DNA from: Hyphomonadaceae bacterium UKL13-1
GTDB lineage: Bacteria; Pseudomonadota; Alphaproteobacteria; Caulobacterales; Aquidulcibacteraceae
Assembly: GCA_001602435.1 (NCBI GenBank)
Contig: CP012156.1
Coordinates: forward strand, 2,609,898 to 2,673,897
Direction: 5' to 3'
DNA: 64,000 nucleotides
A model generated the notes under the pieces. The model did not search any database and was not told where the DNA came from. It saw only the letters and a list, made by a program, of their open reading frames with translations. Each line of letters begins with the position of its first letter. The stretch's first letter is position 1. Both the position numbers and the translations under genes were made by a program. Positions 56,526 to 64,000 of this stretch are shown in pieces.

Positions 56526-57445
56526 TGGCTAAGTCCAATTCACTCAGCGGGCTGATCCTGCCTTTGGCCACCGGTGCGCTCGTGCTCGGCGGCTATTATG
56601 TCTATTGGAACCAGACGGCGCAAAGAATCCAGGCGCAGGTCGTGCAGGCCTTGCCCACATTGGCGAAGGATGCCGTTACGGTCACCGGCTTCCCATACCG
56701 ATTTGAAGCCCGCATCACTGGATTACGCGTCCAGACAAGCACCGGCTTTGCTTTTGAAGCCTCACGCTTTGTAGCAGCCGCCTCGCCATTCAATCTCAAC
56801 CTCTGGGCCCTCGAAGGGGCGCTAGAGCCTAAGTTAAAGCTACCCGGTGGGCCATTGCGCCCCTTGCAGGCGACGGATCTCAAGGCCAGCTTGCGCTTGA
56901 AAGAAGGTCTGTTGGCACGGTTTTCCCTGACCTTTCTGGGTTTGCAGGCGGGGACCGCTGACCCATCGGGGCTAGGGCCAGCGCCTTGGCGAACAGGGGC
57001 TGGTGGCGTCCACTTAATCGCAGACCCCAAAGACGCCAGCCGGCTCGCTTTCGCGCTTGACCTCTCAGCACTGGAGTTGAGCGCTTTACCAGAAGGCCCT
57101 GCGGCCATTCTGGGCAAAAGAATAGACCATGTGCGCCTGACGGGTCCGATCAGCCAAGGCCAGACTTTGTTGCGATCGACCAAAGCGTGGGCACAGGCAA
57201 AGGGTGAGTTCACCATCATGGCCGCCCAACTCAACTGGGGGCCTTTGGCTTTTGATCAGGGCACCGGCCGTTTAAGCGTGACCTCTGACGGGCAATGGCA
57301 GGGCGAAATTCGCGGTCAAGGAGCTCTCAAGCCCAATGGGATGGCAGTCCCCGCATTGTCTGCGCCAATTGAAATTGGCATTGAAAATGGGCAAGCGCGC
57401 CTGCTCGGCTTTTCTGCTGCGCGGGTGCCGAGGGCCTATGATTAG
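56525..57445 (+). CDS. DUF2125-like protein
   Basis: N-terminal TM (LILPLATGALVLGGYYVYW). The size and the position after plsC are typical of this family in alphaproteobacteria. GTG start. Confidence 0.55.
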   Translation: MAKSNSLSGLILPLATGALVLGGYYVYWNQTAQRIQAQVVQALPTLAKDAVTVTGFPYRFEARITGLRVQTSTGFAFEASRFVAAASPFNLNLWALEGALEPKLKLPGGPLRPLQATDLKASLRLKEGLLARFSLTFLGLQAGTADPSGLGPAPWRTGAGGVHLIADPKDASRLAFALDLSALELSALPEGPAAILGKRIDHVRLTGPISQGQTLLRSTKAWAQAKGEFTIMAAQLNWGPLAFDQGTGRLSVTSDGQWQGEIRGQGALKPNGMAVPALSAPIEIGIENGQARLLGFSAARVPRAYD

Positions 57446-57547
57446 CATTGCTGGAATTTCTTGCGCCTAAGGCGCCATAAAGCGGCGCGAACATCAGCAT
57501 TCTCAATTGACTTCGGGCGCTTGCGACTTTAAGGACACCCTCCCTAA

Positions 57548-57581
57548 CGCTCGCCGTCATGGCGGGCGCTTTCGTTTATTT
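57548..57581 (+). terminator. Intrinsic-terminator-like hairpin between the DUF2125 gene and rplU (operon terminator or rplU leader attenuator)
   Basis: CGCTCGCC-GTCAT-GGCGGGCG (8 bp including one G-U) followed by CTTTCGTTTATTT. Confidence 0.55.
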
Positions 57582-57640
57582 CGCGAACCCCATCCCGATC
57601 CCCGGTCTGGTCCGTTCGCCCCTTATCAAGGAACAGCGCG

Positions 57641-57952
57641 ATGTTCGCGGTGATCAAAACTGGCGGCAAGCAATATAAAGTCGCTGCAGGCGACAAGCTT
57701 GTGATTGAGAAATTAGAAGGCGAAGCAGGCAGCGCCATCACTTTCAGCGACGTGCTGATGGTTGGCGGTGAAGCTGGCGTAACCGTCGGTGCTCCCCTCG
57801 TGGCGGGCGCAACGGTTGCTGCAACTTTGCTGGAAACCCGCAAGGGCGACAAAGTGATGGTGATGAAAAAGACCCGTCGCTCGACCTATCGTCGTCGTAA
57901 CGGCCACCGCCAATGGGGCAGTGTCGTTCACATCACCGCCGTCAACGCGTAA
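57641..57952 (+). CDS. rplU: 50S ribosomal protein L21
   Basis: [20 protein letters not shown]…. Confidence 0.97.
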   Translation: MFAVIKTGGKQYKVAAGDKLVIEKLEGEAGSAITFSDVLMVGGEAGVTVGAPLVAGATVAATLLETRKGDKVMVMKKTRRSTYRRRNGHRQWGSVVHITAVNA

Positions 57953-57975
57953 CCAAGCGCACAGGAGACTGACAC

Positions 57976-58245
57976 ATGGCACATAAAAAAGCCGGCGGCT
58001 CGTCACGCAACGGTCGCGATTCGCACTCCAAGCGTCTTGGCGTCAAGAAGTTCGGCAACGAGATGGTTGTTTCGGGCAACATCCTCGTGCGTCAACGCGG
58101 CACCAAGTTCTTTGCTGGTGAAAACGTCGGCCTTGGCCGCGACCACACCCTGTTTGCGACTGCCAATGGCCAAGTCGTATTTACCCGCAAGCGCGACGAC
58201 AAATGTTTTGTCTCCGTCATGCCGATTGCGGAAGCAGCAGAATAA
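57976..58245 (+). CDS. rpmA: 50S ribosomal protein L27
   Basis: [27 protein letters not shown]…. Confidence 0.97.
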   Translation: MAHKKAGGSSRNGRDSHSKRLGVKKFGNEMVVSGNILVRQRGTKFFAGENVGLGRDHTLFATANGQVVFTRKRDDKCFVSVMPIAEAAE

Positions 58246-58315
58246 GGCGGTCCTGAACCACTCCGGATCGTCCCCCTGAAAGGGGTGATCCGGTCAAACA
58301 GACCATTTCCCGCGC

Positions 58316-58347
58316 GGGGGGCCGGATCACCGGCCCCCCGTTTGCGT
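58316..58347 (+). terminator. Rho-independent terminator after rpmA
   Basis: GGGGGGCCGG-ATCA-CCGGCCCCCC followed by GTTTGCGTT. A second hairpin lies upstream (58263-58294). Confidence 0.7.
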
Positions 58348-58439
58348 TATGCCCTGATGCATACGGGTCCTTTGAACCAGACTCTGGTTCGGGCCAGTCT
58401 CCCCCCACCCCGCGCGGGTTTCCTGACGGAGACTTTGCC

Positions 58440-59006
58440 ATGCGTACACAAATTGATACGAGCCGCCTCACCCTGCGCCCCATGCAGATGACTGACCTCG
58501 CACGCGTCGTATGCCTGGCCAATGATCTCCGCGTATCCGGCAATCTGTCGCGCATGCCCCACCCTTACCGCGAAGAAGATGGCGAAGAATGGTTGAGCAA
58601 ACAGCCCGAGATGTGGGCTGGCAAAGAAAACTATGTCTATGCGATTGATCATAAGGTCGAGGGCTTTATGGGTGCCATGGGTCTGCACTGGATGGACCGC
58701 ATGACACTGGATGGCAGCTCCGCCTGGGAACTCGGCTATTGGCTGGGCGTTCCATACTGGGGTCAGGGATATGCAACCGAGGCGGGGAAGGCCTTGATCG
58801 CCGCAGCGATCCACGACCTCAATCCTGTCTATTTGGTGGCTGGCTTTGCCACTGCAAACACACAATCTGGTCATGTGCTTGAAAAACTTGGCTTCTACAA
58901 GGTCGATGCGATTCGCGAGATGCGCGTCTTAGCAACGGGCAAAAATTCGCCCACACAAGTCATGCGTCGCGATATCGCTGAAGCAGAAAGGAGACCGAGG
59001 CCATGA
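58440..59006 (+). CDS. GNAT-family N-acetyltransferase (RimJ/RimL-like)
   Basis: LTLRPMQMTDL … WGQGYATEAGKALI. Confidence 0.8.
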   Translation: MRTQIDTSRLTLRPMQMTDLARVVCLANDLRVSGNLSRMPHPYREEDGEEWLSKQPEMWAGKENYVYAIDHKVEGFMGAMGLHWMDRMTLDGSSAWELGYWLGVPYWGQGYATEAGKALIAAAIHDLNPVYLVAGFATANTQSGHVLEKLGFYKVDAIREMRVLATGKNSPTQVMRRDIAEAERRPRP

Positions 59007-59548
59007 CACCAGCTTTATTGACCCCGCGTCTCTTGTTGCGCCCCTTGGAGCATGAGGACAGCTTGGCCCTGGCGGACCTATTGAACCGGCCAGAGGTGGC
59101 GCGCGGCCTGTGCACCATCCCCAAGCCCTTCACAGCCCTACATGCCAGCGCCATGATCTTAATGATCCGGGCGAGTGAAGCGCGCGGCCTAGAGTTTGTT
59201 TGGGCCGTTGAGAACAGTGAGGGTGACGTGGTGGGCCAGATCGGCCTGCGGCAGACCCACCCTAGCAGCGCTAAACTGGGCTATGCCTTCCTACCTGAGT
59301 TCTGGGGCCAAGGCCTTGGGAGCGAGGCAGTGCAGGCCGTGCTCGACTGGGCAGCGCGCCAAGCAAGCTTCACCACAATTGAGGCCGAAGCCCATCACGA
59401 CAATCCGGCAAGCCTTCACTTGCTGGAAAAGCTGGGCTTTGTTCAAACAGGTCCTATCCAACGTTTCAGTCTGGCCCAACAAGGCCAGATCCCGCTGATG
59501 GCTTTTCAAAAGAGCCTCACTGACGCTGTCCAATTGGCAGTGGCTTAA
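59003..59548 (+). CDS. GNAT-family N-acetyltransferase (RimJ/RimL-like), second paralogue
   Basis: LLLRPLEHEDS … WGQGLGSEAVQAVL. 4-nt overlap with the first GNAT gene. Confidence 0.8.
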   Translation: MTPALLTPRLLLRPLEHEDSLALADLLNRPEVARGLCTIPKPFTALHASAMILMIRASEARGLEFVWAVENSEGDVVGQIGLRQTHPSSAKLGYAFLPEFWGQGLGSEAVQAVLDWAARQASFTTIEAEAHHDNPASLHLLEKLGFVQTGPIQRFSLAQQGQIPLMAFQKSLTDAVQLAVA

Positions 59549-59552
59549 AACG

Positions 59553-59590
59553 AAGAAGGCCCGCTGATCGCTCAGCGGGCCTTTTATTTT
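59553..59590. terminator. Bidirectional rho-independent terminator between the GNAT and MCP genes
   Basis: GGCCCGCTGA-TCGC-TCAGCGGGCC flanked by an A-rich 5' side and a TTTTATTTT 3' side. Confidence 0.8.
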
Positions 59591-59607
59591 GTGTTGGGGC
59601 GGCCTGA

Positions 59608-61761
59608 TTAGGCGGCGCGGACGCGTTCCAAGAATTCTTGGGTCTCTTGATCCAGCTTCGCAGCTTGTACCGAGAGCTCGCGGCTGGCGGCGAGCACTTG
59701 GCTCGCAGCAGCGCCGGTTTCCCCTGCGGTTTCGGTCACACGCGACACGTCCGAAGCCACCGATTGGGAAGCTGCAGCCACTTGCGTGATCGCGCTGGCG
59801 ATCTCTTGAGTTACGGTTGCCTGCATATCCACCGACTGGCCGATCATGCCAGCATTTTGGTTGATGCGGGTGATAACCGCTTCGATGCGCGACATGGCAC
59901 CGACTGCACCATCGACCGCACCTTGGATCGAACCGATTTGAGCGGCGATATCCTCGGTCGCATTGCCGGTTTGGCTGGCGAGGTTCTTAACTTCTTGCGC
60001 CACGATAGCGAACCCGCGACCAGCTTCACCGGCACGTGCCGCTTCGATGGTGGCGTTCAAGGCCAAGAGGTTGGTTTGATCGGCGATACCCTTGATCAGC
60101 TCAACCACTTCGCCGATGCGACGGGCTGAATTGGCCAATTCGCTCACAGCGCCTTGGGCTTCACCGCTCAAGCGAACTGCTTCAATAGCGACCGAGCTCG
60201 ATTCGGACACGTTCGACTGAATGGTCGAGATCGAGGTGGTGAGGCTTTCAGCGGAACCAGCGGCAGTCGAGGCACTAACCGTGCTTTCTTCTGCAGCAGC
60301 GGCCACGCTGGACGCCATCATATTGGTGCGGTCAGCTGCAGCCGTCATGGCTTGAGCCGTTGCTTCCAACTCTGCCGAGGCCGCAGCCACGGTCCGCAGC
60401 ATGTCACCCGCCACTTGCTCGTAAGCTTGGGTTGCCGAAGCAATCGCTTCTGCACGGCGCATTTGGATCTTGGTCTCTTCGCTGGCGGCCGCTTCAAGCG
60501 CAATGCGCTCAATGGCGTTTTCACGGAAGACTTCAACCGCTTCAGCCATTTCACCCAGTTCGTCGCCACGATCGCGGCCTGGGATCATCATGTCGGTTAC
60601 GCCGCTCGCCAAGGTGCGCATGGCATCGGTGAGGTCGGCGATTGGCTTGGACAAGCTGCGAGCAAACCAGAAGCCAGCGGCAGCCGCAGCGCCAATTGCA
60701 ACCAGCGTGGCCAATAAGATGTTGAGAGCCAAAGCCTGCAATGGCTCTTGGGCTTCTGCAACCGTTTCGTCGGCAGCGACGACAAACTTAGCTCCAAGTG
60801 CCGTGAAAGGCACAAAGGCTGAAATAACAGCATTGCCATCTGCGTCGTTGGTGGTGGTGGTGATGGATTGGCCTTCAAAGCCCTGCTTAACGAAGTCGTT
60901 TTCAACTTTTGACTTAAGGATTGTTGGTTCTTTCGCGTGTGGCGAGTTATTGCGCACCAAGAAATCTTCACCAATCAGAGTATTTTCGCCGGTCTTGCCG
61001 TTTGCAGGCTGTGGCTTCATCGCCGCATCGACTTTGTTGATCGACAATTGGATGGCAAAGACACCCTTGAGCTCGCCATTCGCGCCTTTGATCGGCACAG
61101 CGATAAAGCCTGCAGGCACATCGGCCGAAGGCGCATAGGGCTTAAAGTCAGCCAGCTTTGGCTCAGCATTCGCGCCAGCGGCGATCACGTCGCGGACGAG
61201 AACGCCCAGACCGGAATCTTTCCACTTGCCGTTTGCCAATTGGGTCGCGAAGTCGCGCTCTTTAAAGACGGTATAGACGTTTTGCCCGTTCGCATCGAAC
61301 AAGAAGATGTCATAGAAGTCGTTGGTGCGCAGGATGTTACGCAACCAAGGATGCAGTTCGGCATGAACAGCGTCATAGGCCGTGCCATTGTTGGCGGCGT
61401 CCCACTTTTCCTTTTGGCCCGCAGCATTGGGGTTTTGGTCAATATAGGTGGCTTGAAGTTGGGCTTCAGCATCTGGACCCAATTGCGCGTAAGCGGCAGA
61501 GAAGCGATCTAGTGCTGTGGAAATGATCGCGCTGGACGCCAATTCCTTGGCTTGTGCACCGGACGTATCGAAGAAGGCTTTCGCTGCTTCAGCGCGCGAT
61601 TGCGCGGTCGCTGTCAGCAGGTCTTTTGTTTCGGAGTTGATATTGCTTTGGGAGTTTAGATAGGCCGCCCCACCCGACATTGCCGCCGCGAGCGCCGCCA
61701 GCCCCGCGATCACCATTGGTAGCTTTTTAGATATTGCGACCTTATTCAGCCCAGACAACAT
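59608..61761 (-). CDS. Methyl-accepting chemotaxis protein with a periplasmic Cache-like sensor
   Basis: TM, ~300-aa periplasmic domain, TM, HAMP, then the conserved signalling hairpin [32 protein letters not shown] chose the ATG at 61761 because GGGGAGAG lies 5 nt upstream. The ORF is open to 61893. Confidence 0.88.
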   Translation of the reverse strand: MLSGLNKVAISKKLPMVIAGLAALAAAMSGGAAYLNSQSNINSETKDLLTATAQSRAEAAKAFFDTSGAQAKELASSAIISTALDRFSAAYAQLGPDAEAQLQATYIDQNPNAAGQKEKWDAANNGTAYDAVHAELHPWLRNILRTNDFYDIFLFDANGQNVYTVFKERDFATQLANGKWKDSGLGVLVRDVIAAGANAEPKLADFKPYAPSADVPAGFIAVPIKGANGELKGVFAIQLSINKVDAAMKPQPANGKTGENTLIGEDFLVRNNSPHAKEPTILKSKVENDFVKQGFEGQSITTTTNDADGNAVISAFVPFTALGAKFVVAADETVAEAQEPLQALALNILLATLVAIGAAAAAGFWFARSLSKPIADLTDAMRTLASGVTDMMIPGRDRGDELGEMAEAVEVFRENAIERIALEAAASEETKIQMRRAEAIASATQAYEQVAGDMLRTVAAASAELEATAQAMTAAADRTNMMASSVAAAAEESTVSASTAAGSAESLTTSISTIQSNVSESSSVAIEAVRLSGEAQGAVSELANSARRIGEVVELIKGIADQTNLLALNATIEAARAGEAGRGFAIVAQEVKNLASQTGNATEDIAAQIGSIQGAVDGAVGAMSRIEAVITRINQNAGMIGQSVDMQATVTQEIASAITQVAAASQSVASDVSRVTETAGETGAAASQVLAASRELSVQAAKLDQETQEFLERVRAA

Positions 61762-61932
61762 TACAACTCTCCCCGGTCCAGTGCTGATATCTCCAGCCAT
61801 CGAGCCTGCCTCGATAGCACTCAGCGCTATAGATTCTGGGGAACATCCTATCCGGTAAGTGGTTACGTTAAAGTTTACAAAGGTTGACGCCATTCAGTGT
61901 TCAACTGCTTTGTTGAATACCTGAGTTTCAGA

Positions 61933-62787
61933 TTACTTTGTTTGTCGAATGATCGCTTCAATTGCCGTCCATGCCTCAGGTTCCTCAAGAGTTGGCGCAT
62001 GACCAACATTGGGGACCTCAGCCGTAATCAGATCAGGTTTAGCAAGCTTCATCCGCTCGACAATATCTGCGGACAGGAGATCGGATAACGCGCCTCGGAT
62101 CACAGCCGTGGGGATAGGGGCCAAGGCCGCATATTGATCCCACAAGGTTGGAATGGCCTCAGTGCCGCCCGAGCTGGCCACTTGGGAGATAGCCGGATCA
62201 TAATCGAATAAGATGCCTTCAGGCGTCTCTATGCAGGTTTTTCGGGCAAAATCGTCCCAAAACGCGGCATCCTTGCCCGGAAATGCGGATTCGCCAATGA
62301 CAGCAATCATGGCCGCAGCCTCCTCCCAATTCGAGGCCCGACCAATTTTTCCGACATAGCCTTGGATACGCTTCAGCCCGGCAGGATCCACTTCTGGACC
62401 AATGTCGTTCAAGATCGCGCCGGCCACCGTCGCTTGAGAGAATGCCGCGACCAGCATGGTGATGATGCCGCCCATACTGGTACCAAGGAAAACCGCCCGC
62501 TTTAAACCCAAACGGTTCAAAATCGTCAGCACGTCTTGGGCATAGACAAGTGGATTATAATTGCTGGGATTGGGATCCCAATCAGAACGACCACGACCGC
62601 GCACATCGATGGCCAGTACACGGCGACCCATGCGGCGAATCGGTTCGATCACGCCAAGAAAATCTTTGTGGTTCCGCGTCAGACCATGCAAGCACAGGAC
62701 TGGTGGGCCCGTATAGGCCCCGACCGGGTCAAAATCAGCGACGAAAGTCTTCACCCCGTCGTGTCCAACAATCATATGTTCGTTCAT
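61933..62787 (-). CDS. Alpha/beta-fold hydrolase
   Basis: HGLTRNHKDF and the nucleophile elbow GTSMGG. Confidence 0.75.
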   Translation of the reverse strand: MNEHMIVGHDGVKTFVADFDPVGAYTGPPVLCLHGLTRNHKDFLGVIEPIRRMGRRVLAIDVRGRGRSDWDPNPSNYNPLVYAQDVLTILNRLGLKRAVFLGTSMGGIITMLVAAFSQATVAGAILNDIGPEVDPAGLKRIQGYVGKIGRASNWEEAAAMIAVIGESAFPGKDAAFWDDFARKTCIETPEGILFDYDPAISQVASSGGTEAIPTLWDQYAALAPIPTAVIRGALSDLLSADIVERMKLAKPDLITAEVPNVGHAPTLEEPEAWTAIEAIIRQTK

Positions 62788-63000
62788 GCCCGCTCCCAAC
62801 AGCGCCCCAAACTTTCTTATGTCACTGTTTAAGGCCTAATTGGGGGTGCGAAACAAGGTCTGAATGGACTGCGCCACTGAATCGTGATCAAGAAACGTCA
62901 TAATCGGACGTATGTTGGCGCGCATTTTCGCGATTTCTCTTGCAGACTCGCTTTTTCGTTCCTATCTTGTTCTTACGAATCGCAGCGAGACCAGAAAGGA

Positions 63001-63294
63001 ATGGCGATGCAATTATCTCTCTTGCCAGCCTTGGAGGCAGAACGCCCCCGCACCAAGCCCGAAGCCCCGTCGCACCGGCAAGATTCCCCCTTGCCTGCGG
63101 TTAGTCGGCCCACGTCTGCCCAGATCAATTATCTCAAGCGGCTGACCGGTATTCGCGCCGACGGGCAGTTGCAACGCTATGTCGCGCGCAAAATTGGCAA
63201 GCCGGGCATGAACCAAGGCAAACTCGTGCTCACCAAGCAGGACTTTGCCCAAGCGATTGACCGTGAACTGAATGAAAAGCGCTGGGCAGCTTAA
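63001..63294 (+). CDS. Hypothetical 97-aa protein
   Basis: ORF only. ATG at 63001 is preceded by AGAAAGGA. No motif recognised. Confidence 0.35.
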   Translation: MAMQLSLLPALEAERPRTKPEAPSHRQDSPLPAVSRPTSAQINYLKRLTGIRADGQLQRYVARKIGKPGMNQGKLVLTKQDFAQAIDRELNEKRWAA

Positions 63295-63303
63295 AGTGCG
63301 GCT

Positions 63304-64000
63304 TTAAGCCAACACGAGGTCATCGCGGTGCACCAAGGCCGGCCGGCCCGCATAGCCCAAAATGTCTTCAATCTCGTCGCTATGGCGGCCAAGGATCTGA
63401 AGCGCGTCGGATGAGGAATAAGCAGAAACGCCATGGGCCACGATGCGGCCACTGGCATCCTTGATGGCAATCGCGTCGCCGCGCTCAAATTGTCCTTCGA
63501 CGGAAGTTACCCCGATGGACAATAAGCTGGCCCCGCCCTTGAGGGCCTTGGCAGCCCCGGCATCGACACAAAAACTACCAGCGGGATTGAGGCTGTGACC
63601 CAGCCAAGCCCGCCGCGCGCTTTCGCGGTCGGCCGCAGGGATAAACCAAGTCGAGCGACCGCCCTCCAAGAGGCGGCGGAACGGATGGTCTAAGAAGCCA
63701 TCCTTGATGGCCACACTGCAGCCAGCAGCGGTGGCGATCCGGGCTGCTTCAATCTTGGTGCGCATCCCGCCAGAGCCAACACCGGCTTTTTGATTGATAC
63801 CGCCAGCCATCGCTTCAATCGCGTCCGTAAATTCGCGTACTTCGCCAATATGCGGCGCGGCGGGATTTTGCCGTGGGTCGGCCTCATAAAGACCATCGAC
63901 ATCGGAGAATAGAATAAGCGCATCGGCACCAACCATCTGCCCAACCCGTGCGGCCAGCCGATCATTATCGCCATAGCGCAACTCATCTGTCGCGACCGTA
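63304..64000 (-). CDS. proB: Glutamate 5-kinase, C-terminal part (N-terminus beyond the window edge)
   Basis: …RYGDNDRLAARV…, GSGGMRTKIEAA, and a C-terminal PUA domain (…RGDAIAIKDASGRIVAHG…). The reading frame continues past nt 64000. Confidence 0.88.
   Translation of the reverse strand, partial: TVATDELRYGDNDRLAARVGQMVGADALILFSDVDGLYEADPRQNPAAPHIGEVREFTDAIEAMAGGINQKAGVGSGGMRTKIEAARIATAAGCSVAIKDGFLDHPFRRLLEGGRSTWFIPAADRESARRAWLGHSLNPAGSFCVDAGAAKALKGGASLLSIGVTSVEGQFERGDAIAIKDASGRIVAHGVSAYSSSDALQILGRHSDEIEDILGYAGRPALVHRDDLVLA

Overview
This window looks like a moderately GC-rich alphaproteobacterial chromosome segment. The lineage call rests on a circularly permuted two-piece tmRNA, PodJ, FlbT/FlaF, a hisS-hisZ-hisG cluster, an atpHAGDC operon and alpha-type SspB. 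Most of it is ordinary housekeeping sequence: ndh (cut by the window edge), an ECF sigma/YciI operon, glnD, podJ, an ABC importer, HU, the F1 ATP synthase genes, hflKC, mrp, ssrA, sspB, the his genes, ftsEX, plsC, rplU-rpmA, an MCP, and proB (cut by the window edge). I found no CRISPR array, transposase, integrase, recognisable multi-gene defence or secretion system, or biosynthetic cluster. The second-look material is small-scale. (1) Three single-gene cassettes are bracketed by direct repeats. alkB lies between two ~130-nt repeats. A 580-aa secreted helical orphan lies between two 29-30-nt repeats. A 74-codon coiled-coil ORF sits exactly at the atpG/atpD junction, with a 7-nt duplication that copies the atpD start codon. 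(2) The atp operon is broken a second time, by an opposite-strand NTF2-like gene between atpD and atpC. (3) The permuted tmRNA gene (tag ANDNFAQEVRLAA) is separated from its adaptor gene sspB by an orphan gene plus an AT-rich spacer. (4) A RelE/HTH toxin-antitoxin islet lies upstream of atpH. (5) There are several families of structured intergenic repeats. (6) Two proteins carry unusual low-complexity tails: a poly-Lys MarR and a Ser/Asp/Gly-tailed PlsC. All functional calls come from motifs I recognised by eye in the supplied translations; no searches were run.
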